From NCBI GenBank assembly GCA_964610125.1, contig CAZSUV010000002.1, forward strand, positions 46,468-110,467: a stretch of DNA of 64,000 nucleotides. The letters are read 5' to 3'. The notes beneath the pieces are model-generated. The model saw only the letters and a list, made by a program, of their open reading frames with translations, searched no databases and was not told the origin of the DNA. Shown piece by piece: positions 1 through 9,043 of the stretch; within the stretch, counting starts at the first letter, position 1; each line of letters begins with the position of its first letter. Origin of the DNA: an uncultured Candidatus Saccharibacteria bacterium (lineage in GTDB: Bacteria > Patescibacteriota > Dojkabacteria > SC72). The translations under genes were made by a program, and so were the position numbers.

Positions 1-831
1 GTTGTTGGATTCATTGGTCCTAATGGCGCGGGTAAGACTACTTCTTTGAAATGTCTTTCGGGTTTGTTAGTTCCTACTAGTGGTGAGGTTGAAGTATTGG
101 GGTTTAAGCCTGAGAAGAGGAAGAAGGAATTTTTACAGAAGATCGCACTTGTAATGGGTCAGAAGAGTCAGTTGTGGTGGGAGTTAGCACCTATTGAGAC
201 TTTCAAGCTTAACAAGGAGATATATGGTATTTCGGACAAGGAATACAATGAGGTAGTAAATGAAATGGTTGAGATTTTGGATATTGCTGAGGTGATATTA
301 AAACCTACTAGAAACCTTTCCCTTGGTGAGCGTATGAGGTGTGAGATTGTTGCGGCGTTATTGCATACTCCTGAGTTAGTATTTTTAGATGAACCAACTA
401 TTGGCTTGGATGTGGTTTCTCAACATAACCTGAGGGAGTTTGTTAAGGTGTATAACCAGAGGTACAAGGCTACGGTATTACTTACGAGTCATAACATGGA
501 GGATGTTTCTAATCTTTGTAAAAGGGTGATAGTTATAGATCATGGTGTGGTTTTGTATGATGGTAAGATTTCGGAATTGATTAATGGTTTTGTTAAGGAA
601 AAACATATTCATTTTGTTCTTAAGGAGAATATTAGTCCTGATGATTTTAAAGGGTTAGGTAAGTTAACGGAGTGTAGTGGTAATGAGGGTACTTTAGAGG
701 TGAGTAGGGAGAGGGTTAGTGATGTGTCTAAGGAGTTATTAAATTTGTTTGAGGTTGTGGATTTGGATATTAGTGAACCTAATTTAGAATCTGTTATTAA
801 GGGTATTTTTGAGGGTGGGTACAAGATTTAA
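1..831 (+). CDS. ABC transporter ATP-binding protein (5' end outside window)
   Basis: Reading frame is open from base 1 (VVGFIGPNGAGKTT Walker A). ABC signature LSLGERMR and Walker B LVFLDEPT are present. The listed ORF 46..831 starts at an internal Met. Confidence 0.8.
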   Translation, partial: VVGFIGPNGAGKTTSLKCLSGLLVPTSGEVEVLGFKPEKRKKEFLQKIALVMGQKSQLWWELAPIETFKLNKEIYGISDKEYNEVVNEMVEILDIAEVILKPTRNLSLGERMRCEIVAALLHTPELVFLDEPTIGLDVVSQHNLREFVKVYNQRYKATVLLTSHNMEDVSNLCKRVIVIDHGVVLYDGKISELINGFVKEKHIHFVLKENISPDDFKGLGKLTECSGNEGTLEVSRERVSDVSKELLNLFEVVDLDISEPNLESVIKGIFEGGYKI

Positions 832-848
832 TATTTATTTCTAATAAT

Positions 849-1211
849 ATGAAATACAAAAAATTATCCGAAGCAAGGACTATTGAGAAAGAAGATTATT
901 CTAAATCTGTGATTTTTGAGAATGAGGAACTTCCTGGGGAGGGGCATTTGCTACAAATGGTCACAATTCCACCTAAGACTAAGCAAAGGAAGCATTATCA
1001 TAATAAACAGACAGAGGTTTTCTATATCTTAGAAGGTAAATGTTCTATTTTTGTTAATGATGTTGAATATATTGCTTCTTCGGGAGATTCTTTTGTTTGT
1101 GAGCCTTTAGATACTCATTACCTATGGAATAGGGAAGATCAAGAATTTAAACTTTTGGTATTCAAGATTAACAAGGACGTGGGAGATGATGATACTGTGT
1201 GGAAAGATTAA
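849..1211 (+). CDS. cupin-domain protein
   Basis: 120 aa. Contains the HYHNKQTEVFYILEGK..(x)..GDSFVCEP two-motif cupin pattern. Confidence 0.55.
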   Translation: MKYKKLSEARTIEKEDYSKSVIFENEELPGEGHLLQMVTIPPKTKQRKHYHNKQTEVFYILEGKCSIFVNDVEYIASSGDSFVCEPLDTHYLWNREDQEFKLLVFKINKDVGDDDTVWKD

Positions 1212-1219
1212 CAGGCTAC

Positions 1220-1251
1220 AGAATGCCTAATTACTGTATATTTGGTATAAT
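1220..1251 (+). promoter_or_regulatory. candidate extended -10 promoter for tRNA-Ser (TGgTATAAT at 1243-1251)
   Basis: TGnTATAAT lies about 19 nt upstream of the tRNA 5' end. The -35 is weak. Confidence 0.3.
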
Positions 1252-1269
1252 CCCTATGTTCATATATAT

Positions 1270-1356
1270 GGAGAGGTGTCAGAGTGGTCGAATGAGACGG
1301 TCTTGAAAACCGTTATATGGGTAACCATATCGGGGGTTCGAATCCCTTCCTCTCCG
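1270..1356 (+). tRNA. tRNA-Ser (anticodon TGA), type II with long variable arm
   Basis: GGAGAGG acceptor stem pairs with CCTCTCC. D-arm GTCAGAGTGGTCGAATGAG. Anticodon stem ACGGT/ACCGT with loop CTTGAAA. Long variable arm. T-arm GGGGGTTCGAATCCC. 87 nt. Confidence 0.85.
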
Positions 1357-1383
1357 TATTATATATGCCAACTGATTACAATT

Positions 1384-2088
1384 ATGTCTAAGGCCAAGAT
1401 TGCAACATCCAAGAGTCGGGTACAATTTTTATTAGAAGAACTTGAAGAATCACAAAAGATTCACAATGATGTAGCTCTCGAGATGTTGCGAGCAGAGGGG
1501 AAAAAACTCTATATAGAGGATTTCTATTGTTTAGCAATGATGCAAAGGTCAAGGTCTGTAATTCGGGGTTTTTGTAATGAACTTCGTGATAACAATTTCT
1601 TTTGTGCAGCCCCACTAGTTAGATTGCATTTGGATACGTTGTTAAATACATTCGCATTATTCCTTGTAAAGGATTCCGCGGATTTTGCATTAAAAAAATT
1701 TGAAGGAAAACAGACAAGCAATTTAAAAGATAGGAATGGGGTTCGCATGCAAGATAGTCATCTTGCGCGCGAGCTTTCAAATTCTAAAGATCTTGATGCT
1801 GCTTGGGCTTTGCATCTTTATGAGGAAACATCAAAATTTGTTCACATAAGTGATAAACATCTGTTAGGTATTTTTGAGAAAGTGAAGAAAAATGGTGATA
1901 CTGATATAAAGGTTAGTGAAACAATAGATTTACCCGACAATGCAAAGATTGAAACATTAGAGGCTATGAAAAGTATTACATTCTGTTTATTTCGTTTGTG
2001 GAATGGTTGGATTTATACTAAAAGCAATCCTCAATTACTTTATTCAGTACAAACTTCCAACAAGGCAGAAGAGGTTACTAATAAGTGA
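1384..2088 (+). CDS. hypothetical protein
   Basis: ORF 1276..2088 overlaps the tRNA. The first Met beyond the tRNA is at 1384 (MSKAKIATSK...). No recognisable motifs. Confidence 0.5.
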   Translation: MSKAKIATSKSRVQFLLEELEESQKIHNDVALEMLRAEGKKLYIEDFYCLAMMQRSRSVIRGFCNELRDNNFFCAAPLVRLHLDTLLNTFALFLVKDSADFALKKFEGKQTSNLKDRNGVRMQDSHLARELSNSKDLDAAWALHLYEETSKFVHISDKHLLGIFEKVKKNGDTDIKVSETIDLPDNAKIETLEAMKSITFCLFRLWNGWIYTKSNPQLLYSVQTSNKAEEVTNK

Positions 2089-2124
2089 AGATGAGGAACA
2101 GTACTAAATTTTAATTTACTAACA

Positions 2125-2901
2125 ATGGAAAATAATTCAGATTACAAGTCAGATAATCTTGACGATATAATAAGAAGCGAACATCAGATGGTTATTGATG
2201 GGGAGAAACTATATGGTGAATTTTTTAAAAATGCTTTGGATTTCAATGATCTTTTGCAAAGCTGCTTAGTAAGTTGTCCGGGAGATCATTTTATATTTTG
2301 TGCATTTTTAGGTCAAATACAAAAGCACTCACTTCTTGCAATTTTCTCTATACTTCGTAGGCAGGATACACAAGCTATGATGAATTTGCGACAGGTATTA
2401 GAATCAAGTACTTTAGCTGCATATTCAATAGGAGAGGGTAAGTACGAAGATTTCTTTACTGAAGGTAACGAGGATCTTTTTGAGCTTTCAAATAAATACA
2501 AGGAGAAAGCATATCCATGGTTGGACAAAAATTACAAAATAGGTTCTGATGCAATTAAGGGAATGAAGGATTTAATAAATCATTCAACGGCACATTCAAA
2601 TCTTGTTACAGCATATAAAAGTTTTAAGTTAAATAAAACAGCTAAAATTGCTGAAATCCCATTTTTTGATTTTCAAGACGAATATCGGACTAAGACAGCT
2701 CTTTGGCAAGCGGGTAATATTATAATGGGAGTCTTAGATTTATTTTATGGTATTAATGAACAATATAAAGTACTTAAATTTACGTCTGACTTTGTAACAA
2801 GACTAAAGAGCCTTGAGAGTGTAAATAACAAATTAAAAGCAGAGTTAATGCAAACAGATAGATATAAAAATTCCATAAAAGAGGAACGAAGTTCTCAGTA
2901 G
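2125..2901 (+). CDS. hypothetical protein
   Basis: 258-aa ORF with no recognisable motif. Helical, with a Lys-rich C-terminus. Confidence 0.45.
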   Translation: MENNSDYKSDNLDDIIRSEHQMVIDGEKLYGEFFKNALDFNDLLQSCLVSCPGDHFIFCAFLGQIQKHSLLAIFSILRRQDTQAMMNLRQVLESSTLAAYSIGEGKYEDFFTEGNEDLFELSNKYKEKAYPWLDKNYKIGSDAIKGMKDLINHSTAHSNLVTAYKSFKLNKTAKIAEIPFFDFQDEYRTKTALWQAGNIIMGVLDLFYGINEQYKVLKFTSDFVTRLKSLESVNNKLKAELMQTDRYKNSIKEERSSQ

Positions 2902-2935
2902 TTTTGAAATTTAATATTTATAAACATTAAATTCT

Positions 2936-3370
2936 ATGCAAATCACAATCAGTGAAGCTACAATCTCAGATTTCTCAGAACTAATTAGTCTGTACAGACA
3001 ACTTTGGGAAAAGTGGGAATGTTTTGATGAAGAAAAGATAAAAACAATCTACGAAACAGATATAAATACCTCAAGAAGAACATATTTAATAGCAAAAAAT
3101 GAAAAGAATATTGTTGGAATATGTACTTTAGTAGTTAAAGATAACCTACACTATTTAAAGGTTGCCATAGTAGATGAATTAATAGTGGATGTAAATTATC
3201 GTAATCAAGGTATAGGTAAAATGTTATTAGATAAAGCAGTAGATATTGCAAGAGAGAAACAATGTTTCAAAATAGAATTACACTCTGGTATTAAGAGGGT
3301 AGATGCTCACAGATTCTATGAATCTAACGGATTTGAGGTAAGCTCGTATTATTTTACAAAGAAGTGTTAG
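2936..3370 (+). CDS. GNAT family N-acetyltransferase
   Basis: RNQGIGKMLLDKAV (acetyl-CoA binding Q/RxxGxG/A motif) followed by ...RFYESNGF. Confidence 0.7.
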   Translation: MQITISEATISDFSELISLYRQLWEKWECFDEEKIKTIYETDINTSRRTYLIAKNEKNIVGICTLVVKDNLHYLKVAIVDELIVDVNYRNQGIGKMLLDKAVDIAREKQCFKIELHSGIKRVDAHRFYESNGFEVSSYYFTKKC

Positions 3371-3420
3371 TTTACAAGGAAGGTAGGTGTATAATTTAGA
3401 ATAATTCACTTATATTTATT

Positions 3421-4161
3421 ATGAAAATCCTACAAACAAATATCTGGCAAGGAAGATTGGTAAAAAACTTCATAGATTTAGTAAAAGAAACAAACCCCGA
3501 TATAATTACTCTCCAAGAGGTATGTAGTTGTAAAGAAACTGAATTTCAGACATTAAATCTTAGCTCATATGAAGATATTAAAGCAGAATTCCCTAATTAC
3601 AATGAAGTACTCGCACCAACATATTCTTTTAAAACTATGGATGCAGATATTATGTTTGAAAATGTCATACTCTCAAAATATCCAGTTGTAGATAATAAGG
3701 TTGTATTTACCAATGGAGAGTTCAAAAAAGATTTTAATACCAAATATGATGATTACAATATTAGAAACTTTGTACATGCAATAATAGATATAAATGGTTC
3801 TAAGTTAAACGTTATAACCCACCATGGACACCATGTAGAAGGTACTAAAGAGGGGAATGAAGAAACTCTAAGACAGATGGTAATGCTTAGAGACTATATT
3901 AAACAATTAAGTGGACCAGTAATATTAACAGGTGATTTCAATCTCTCTCCTAAGTGTGAATCTTTAGAAATATTGAATGCTGAATTAAAGAATCTTTGTA
4001 TATTGAATAATGTACAAACAACAAGGAATGAGTTTTCTAGAAAAGCTATACAGGTTTGTGACTATATCTTTATTAATGATTTGGTTAAAGTAAATAACTT
4101 TGAAGTAGAGAAAATGCTTGTATCTGATCATCAGGCATTATTGCTTGATTTTGGTATATAG
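3421..4161 (+). CDS. endonuclease/exonuclease/phosphatase (EEP) family protein
   Basis: ITLQEV near the N-terminus, LTGDFNLSP, and C-terminal SDHQALLLDF, which are typical EEP catalytic motifs. Confidence 0.65.
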   Translation: MKILQTNIWQGRLVKNFIDLVKETNPDIITLQEVCSCKETEFQTLNLSSYEDIKAEFPNYNEVLAPTYSFKTMDADIMFENVILSKYPVVDNKVVFTNGEFKKDFNTKYDDYNIRNFVHAIIDINGSKLNVITHHGHHVEGTKEGNEETLRQMVMLRDYIKQLSGPVILTGDFNLSPKCESLEILNAELKNLCILNNVQTTRNEFSRKAIQVCDYIFINDLVKVNNFEVEKMLVSDHQALLLDFGI

Positions 4162-4378
4162 CTATAGTTGCACATAAAGCACCACAATTAGCATTAGATG
4201 TATTACTAAAGAATATGACATGGGAAGAAGCATTTAAAAACGATTGGAGAAAGATAGGGAAGTGGCAAGCAGGGTGGGTATATACCTTTTGATAATCTCA
4301 TAGTATTAGATGTATAATCATGTACTAATCCTGTATATGGATTAAATTCTTGCAAACAAAAAAAAGGAGGTCTTTAAA

Positions 4379-4687
4379 ATGTTTGAAGTGATGCTGGTAA
4401 GTGCAACAAAACCACTGGCTTACATATTGGAAGCCGTGGCCATTGTCATTGTTGGGATATTTTTTTGGTCCAACAATACCCGCTTGGCATACCGAATTGG
4501 TGCTATCATCACATTGGTGTGCATTGGAGTAACTGCTATCTCGGCAATCTGGGTAGTACACATAAATTGGTTAGCCTGGACTGCAGTAAGTTGCTTCGTA
4601 GTTTTCACTATTCTCACCTTTTTAGGATGGCAAGGTGGAGGCACCGTACAACCACTCATTTTAACATATCCTGAAGATTTGGACTGA
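4379..4687 (+). CDS. small membrane protein (3 predicted TM helices)
   Basis: Strong SD AAAAAGGAGG 8 nt upstream. Hydrophobic 102-aa product. Locally elevated GC. Flanked by a terminator. Confidence 0.55.
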   Translation: MFEVMLVSATKPLAYILEAVAIVIVGIFFWSNNTRLAYRIGAIITLVCIGVTAISAIWVVHINWLAWTAVSCFVVFTILTFLGWQGGGTVQPLILTYPEDLD

Positions 4688-4699
4688 AATTGCAAGATG

Positions 4700-4740
4700 A
4701 GCCAGGGGCTATGTTTTATTCTAGCCCCTGGCTTTATTTT
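4700..4740. terminator. bidirectional rho-independent terminator
   Basis: AGCCAGGGGCT...AGCCCCTGGCT perfect 11-bp stem followed by a T-run. It sits between convergent genes. Confidence 0.7.
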
Positions 4741-4751
4741 GTAGTCCTTGG

Positions 4752-5360
4752 TTATTTAAACTGTATAGAATTGATAATTGAATCTATATCCTTCTGATAT
4801 TGATTCTTAACCTCTGTACTTATATCCTCAGAAAGTATTGCAGGACCAATCTCAATCATGTAGTTTCCCTTTATGAATAGATAGTTAACAGAATATGCAT
4901 TCTCTTCTCTAATTCCATTCACTCCATCTATTTTTATATCTTTATAATCAGGAGCATTTCTATCTAGTGAATGCCAGAATTTATATTCTTTTATAGTCAT
5001 AAATCGATATTTGGGAGAGGCACCTAGAATTATGGATGCACCACTTCGTATATTTGAATCTCCTGAAAATGGACCTGCGTAATCTGCAGATTTAAGAAGT
5101 ACGTTCCCATTCTCCTCGAGATGTAGTGCATTTGTATCTTCAGACCAACCAGAGGGTAGGGTATATGTGATTAATTCCTTAACTGGTTTATCTGCGACAT
5201 TAGTTATTCTTAAACCAAAAAAGGCTTCAGAAACTAATCCATTTTCTACTTGTTTTACATAGAGGAATGTACAACCAAGTATTAGTACGAGAATTATAGC
5301 TGCTATTATGTAGATTGTAGTAAGAGGGGAACGCTTCTTACTATTACTTTTCTTAGGCAT
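4752..5360 (-). CDS. membrane-anchored hypothetical protein
   Basis: N-terminal Lys-rich stretch followed by a TM helix (LTTIYIIAAIILVLILGCTFLY), then a soluble domain. Confidence 0.5.
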   Translation of the reverse strand: MPKKSNSKKRSPLTTIYIIAAIILVLILGCTFLYVKQVENGLVSEAFFGLRITNVADKPVKELITYTLPSGWSEDTNALHLEENGNVLLKSADYAGPFSGDSNIRSGASIILGASPKYRFMTIKEYKFWHSLDRNAPDYKDIKIDGVNGIREENAYSVNYLFIKGNYMIEIGPAILSEDISTEVKNQYQKDIDSIINSIQFK

Positions 5361-5385
5361 AGTTAAATATTAATAAATTTAATTA

Positions 5386-6354
5386 TTATACTAACTCATA
5401 TTCCATCCTAAAGTTACTATATTTCTCTGCATATTCCAACTGTAGTTTAGGATCTTTACGATTCACAATTTTAAATACATCCTTCCCTTCATTTTGATTA
5501 ATCAAATCGATACTAGCAGTATCTACAGCTACTGGATCTTGAGAGAATAGAGTACCTTCGTAATGAGCCACAATCTCACCAGAATCAGATTCACAATCAC
5601 AACACTTAGTAATATTCTTTATGATATTTACATAGAATGTACTCTCAGGCATAACCTTAATAGCTGCACATGCACCCATAGCTAAAGCATCATCAAAGAT
5701 TCTAAGAGTAGGGGTAAGAGCTTCTTGAGGGCAATTAATCTCACATATGGAGCAACCCCAGCATCTATTCCAATCTGGATGTGCTTTTTCATCTATGATG
5801 TCTATAGCCTTAGCAGGACATAGATTTGCACATACTCCACACCCTATACATTTTTCTGGGTCTATTTCTGGTTTAGATGCATTATGTATCATCTTTTTTG
5901 TTTTTGGAGAGAGTGCTCCCATGCCTAGATTTTTAATTGCTCCACCAAATCCTGCACATTCATGTCCTTTTATGTGGGAGATTACTAAAACATTCTTAGC
6001 TTCTGAAAGATCTTTAGCTACTTCAAATGTCATATTATCTATATCCACATTTACATATTCATCTACCACTTTATATGCGCCTACGGTATCATATCCTCTT
6101 TCCTTTATGGCTTTTTCATATCCTTCTTTGGTATTTCTAGGGGAGTTGTATGCTACTGGTGTATCTATCATTAATACTTCATGTCCTAATTCCTTTAATG
6201 CTTCTACATATGGTTTTATATCTTCTGGTTTGAATGCTGTTTCATTTCCTGGTTCTCCGAAGTGCATTTTTATGATTACTGGTTCATTAGGTATGAACTT
6301 GTCTTTAAGTAACTCGACCAAATTCTCATTGGGTTTAAAGAGTTTTACGTTCAT
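5386..6354 (-). CDS. DUF362-like protein with 2x[4Fe-4S] ferredoxin domain
   Basis: CIGCGVCANLCP and CWGCSICEINCP are two CxxCxxCxxxCP cluster motifs. The N-terminal region resembles DUF362. Confidence 0.55.
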   Translation of the reverse strand: MNVKLFKPNENLVELLKDKFIPNEPVIIKMHFGEPGNETAFKPEDIKPYVEALKELGHEVLMIDTPVAYNSPRNTKEGYEKAIKERGYDTVGAYKVVDEYVNVDIDNMTFEVAKDLSEAKNVLVISHIKGHECAGFGGAIKNLGMGALSPKTKKMIHNASKPEIDPEKCIGCGVCANLCPAKAIDIIDEKAHPDWNRCWGCSICEINCPQEALTPTLRIFDDALAMGACAAIKVMPESTFYVNIIKNITKCCDCESDSGEIVAHYEGTLFSQDPVAVDTASIDLINQNEGKDVFKIVNRKDPKLQLEYAEKYSNFRMEYELV

Positions 6355-6400
6355 ATGTATAAAGTAAAATTTAGATATGGATATTATACACCTCTGAATA

Positions 6401-6859
6401 TTGCCTTTTCTATACTGTTTTCTGTATCATAGATTTGTAATGGATATCTTAACAAAAATATTAGTAACAATAGGGAGTAGTGCATCCATTGTTTTTGGTA
6501 TATGGCATTTCTTTGTACCAACCCTTTGGAAATGGTATTCATATATAGATACCCATGCTACAGAATTAATAGTAGCTGTAAGAGCTATAAATGTATTCTT
6601 CTCACTCTCTCTAGTATTGTTTGGAGTAATGAATATGCTTCTCATATACAGTGGTAAAACAAATAAATATTCCATTATGGTATTACTAGGTGCTACATGT
6701 ATTCTTTGGTTAACTAGATTGATATTCCAGATAATATATCCTCAAGGATCTATGAATCCTGTATTACAGTATGGGATGCTAGCTGCATTCATTGCCATTA
6801 CATTGTGCTATGTTGTTGCATTGTTTTTAGTAATCACACAGAAAACAACAGTTCAATAA
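6401..6859 (+). CDS. polytopic small membrane protein
   Basis: 4 hydrophobic segments. The true start may be the Met at 6440. Confidence 0.45.
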   Translation: MPFLYCFLYHRFVMDILTKILVTIGSSASIVFGIWHFFVPTLWKWYSYIDTHATELIVAVRAINVFFSLSLVLFGVMNMLLIYSGKTNKYSIMVLLGATCILWLTRLIFQIIYPQGSMNPVLQYGMLAAFIAITLCYVVALFLVITQKTTVQ

Positions 6860-7062
6860 CCCTATAATATAGATTTTCTACATACATTGAGATATAATCC
6901 TTGTCTATACAGGATATATAAATGTATGTATGTACATATTTTCAATCTTGTGAGTTCTTTTAAAATCACTTAGTTAAGTGAGTACAATTTTAAGTATTTT
7001 CGAACTCAAAACTGTACTCATTTATTCAAAACCATATACAAGAATCAAAAGAGGAGGAAATT

Positions 7063-7461
7063 ATGTCAGAAACGACTACAAGAATAATGGGCCGAGACTT
7101 TTGGACTCCAGAGCAAATGGACAAAGATCTAAGTAACACGGGTCTGTTAGAAGATTTCTTCTATATAATTCACAAATATCCAGAAAGTTGGACCGATTTT
7201 ACTGGGATTTGTGGAGGGGGAAATCTGATGAAGATAACCTGGGTTCCAGATGTACTTCTCATCGTCTGTATGCCTACCCATCATCAAAGAATGATTGACG
7301 CCTTCGCAGCAGTTGTGGAATACAAACCTTTTGCCCATTACACAATTGAATTTAAAGAAGAACTTTGGTCTGTTACAGAATGGTTAAAAGGCGAAGTCCA
7401 GAAAAGAATTGAGGAACTCAAACGGGATCCCAAGGTCCAGGATTTCCAGCTCTTGGATTAA
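7063..7461 (+). CDS. hypothetical protein
   Basis: Strong SD AAAAGAGGAGG. 132-aa product with no known motif. Confidence 0.5.
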   Translation: MSETTTRIMGRDFWTPEQMDKDLSNTGLLEDFFYIIHKYPESWTDFTGICGGGNLMKITWVPDVLLIVCMPTHHQRMIDAFAAVVEYKPFAHYTIEFKEELWSVTEWLKGEVQKRIEELKRDPKVQDFQLLD

Positions 7462-7484
7462 AGAAAATGATTTTAAAAAGAACT

Positions 7485-7523
7485 ACGGCATCCGTAAACA
7501 ATCACGGGTGCCGTTTTTCTTTT
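7485..7523 (+). terminator. rho-independent terminator
   Basis: ACGGCATCCGT-aaacaatc-ACGGGTGCCGT followed by TTTTTCTTTT. Confidence 0.6.
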
Positions 7524-7621
7524 ACCAACATACCCCATATATATATCTTCCTTGTTATTCTAATGATTTTAGAATATACTCACTACTGTCTAGATTAAAA
7601 TTAAAAAGAAAAATATATACA

Positions 7622-8296
7622 ATGAGAGACTTTAATAGATCAGGTGGAAACAGTAGAGGTGGTGGAAGAAGCTTCGGTGGAGGCGGTAGAAGTTTTGGTG
7701 GTGGAGGCAGAAGTTTTGGTGGTGGCGGAAGGGGAGATAGACCAGAAATGTTTGATGCAGTATGTGATCAATGTGGAAAGGACTGTAGAGTCCCATTCAG
7801 ACCATCTGGAGACAAGCCTATCTATTGTAGCGATTGTTTCGAATCAAAGAGAGAAGAAGGTGGAAGAGACGACAGAGGTGGAAGATTTGAGAGTAGAGAT
7901 AGAAGACCAAGCTTTGATAGAGGTGGATTCAGAGACAGAGAAGAGAAGCAAATGTTTACAGCAGTATGTGATCAATGTGGACAGGACTGTGAAGTTCCAT
8001 TCAAACCATCTAGCAACAAACCAATCTATTGTAGTAAATGTTTCGAAGGTAAAGAAGGAAACAAGAGCAATGGTGGAAGTAACAGAGGTGGATGTAACTG
8101 TGATTGCAAAGCTGATATCGAAGCTTTAAACAAGAAATTAGACAAGATCATTAGTATCCTTGAACCGATTAAAGAGGTTAAGGCTACTAAGAAAGCTATC
8201 GAAAAGGAAGTTGCTGAAGTAGTTAAGGAAGTTAAGAAAACAGCAAAGAAAGTAGTAAAGAAAGCTAAGGAAGTTAAGGATGTAATAACTGAATAA
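7622..8296 (+). CDS. RGG-box / tandem zinc-ribbon protein with Lys-rich C-terminal tail (putative nucleic-acid binding)
   Basis: Start set at Met 7622. A TTGTTA-17-TATACT promoter-like element lies upstream, and the longer ORF 7409.. is AT-rich junk. (GGGRSFG)x3. Two copies of the CDQCGxDCxVPFxPSxxKPIYCSxCF module. C-terminal KK/EV-rich helix. Confidence 0.6.
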   Translation: MRDFNRSGGNSRGGGRSFGGGGRSFGGGGRSFGGGGRGDRPEMFDAVCDQCGKDCRVPFRPSGDKPIYCSDCFESKREEGGRDDRGGRFESRDRRPSFDRGGFRDREEKQMFTAVCDQCGQDCEVPFKPSSNKPIYCSKCFEGKEGNKSNGGSNRGGCNCDCKADIEALNKKLDKIISILEPIKEVKATKKAIEKEVAEVVKEVKKTAKKVVKKAKEVKDVITE

Positions 8297-8320
8297 TCCT
8301 TAATTAGAAGTAAGTATCAT

Positions 8321-8350
8321 AACCGAGCGGAAACGCTCGGTTTTGTTTTA
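8321..8350 (+). terminator. rho-independent terminator
   Basis: CCGAGCG-gaaa-CGCTCGG followed by TTTTGTTTT. Confidence 0.75.
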
Positions 8351-8431
8351 TGTACATACGGGATATTTGTAAATATCCTAAGTAATTAGTATCATTGTGA
8401 ATTCCATAAGAATATACATATATACAAAGCT

Positions 8432-9043
8432 ATGGATCTTGTTGCACTAATAACACAAATAATTTCAACTGCTAAATACCCTGTCATATTCTTGATGTTT
8501 TTCATCGATGGATCTTCTACAAACTTCATAGCTTCTACATTAGCAGGAAGTGGATTACTCAATATCTGGATAATAGCAGGAGCCGCAATAGTCATTGAAT
8601 TAATGGTGGATATGTTCTACTTCCTACTTGGGCATAAAGTATCAGATACTGATATAGTGAAAAGATTAACCAATAGTGAAAAGAGCGATTTCATAAAAAC
8701 AATAGAAGGGGCATATAAAAAACATCCAGGAATTACCCTAATGCTTGTAAAATTTGCAGGCCCACTAGCAATTCCAGGAATATTGTATATGGGTAAAATG
8801 AAGGCAATGAGTATTCCTAAGTTTTTAGGATATGCTGTAATTGTGGCTGGTATTAGAGCTGTCTCGCTATCATTCATAGGATACATGGTTGGAAAAGGGG
8901 TAGGCCAATTTACACAGGTATATGACATCTTTAAAGCTATGGGAATTATCCTCCTCATAGCTGTTATAATATTCATTGTATACAAAACATTCGAAAAGAA
9001 GATACAAACCTTTGTTTTAAATATATTTAAGAAAATAAAGTAG
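8432..9043 (+). CDS. DedA/VTT-family-like membrane protein
   Basis: 203-aa polytopic protein. N-terminal region resembles DedA (..YPVIFLMFFIDGSS..). Confidence 0.4.
   Translation: MDLVALITQIISTAKYPVIFLMFFIDGSSTNFIASTLAGSGLLNIWIIAGAAIVIELMVDMFYFLLGHKVSDTDIVKRLTNSEKSDFIKTIEGAYKKHPGITLMLVKFAGPLAIPGILYMGKMKAMSIPKFLGYAVIVAGIRAVSLSFIGYMVGKGVGQFTQVYDIFKAMGIILLIAVIIFIVYKTFEKKIQTFVLNIFKKIK

Noticed and set aside
1276-1383. Listed ORF start at 1276 (MSEWSNETVLKT...)
   Set aside because: It overlaps tRNA-Ser (1270-1356) and translates the tRNA sequence. The gene start was moved to the Met at 1384.
1384-2901. The two ORFs after tRNA-Ser as paralogues / HEPN-like defence proteins
   Set aside because: An attempted by-eye alignment of the Cys-containing central regions was not convincing, and no Rx4-6H motif was found. 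Left as independent hypothetical proteins.
4162-4293. Stop-to-stop ORF fragment (…HKAPQLALDVLLKNMTWEEAFKNDWRKIGKWQAGWVYTF) without a proper start
   Set aside because: It has no start codon or RBS apart from an internal Met that would give a 25-aa product. It could be a gene remnant, but there is insufficient evidence to call a pseudogene.
5747-6367. Numerous long ORFs antisense to confident genes (e.g. 5747-6367, 16983-17480, 31000-31542, 49087-49761, 49784-50182, 51115-51705, 62856-63296)
   Set aside because: They lie entirely within and opposite to genes with clear conserved motifs. They have low-complexity Ser/Leu/Pro-rich translations typical of antisense shadows, and no RBS.
7409-7621. 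N-terminal 71-aa extension of the RGG/zinc-ribbon ORF
   Set aside because: The extension is low-complexity AT-rich sequence containing the upstream gene's terminator and a promoter-like TTGTTA-17-TATACT. Start at 7622 is preferred.
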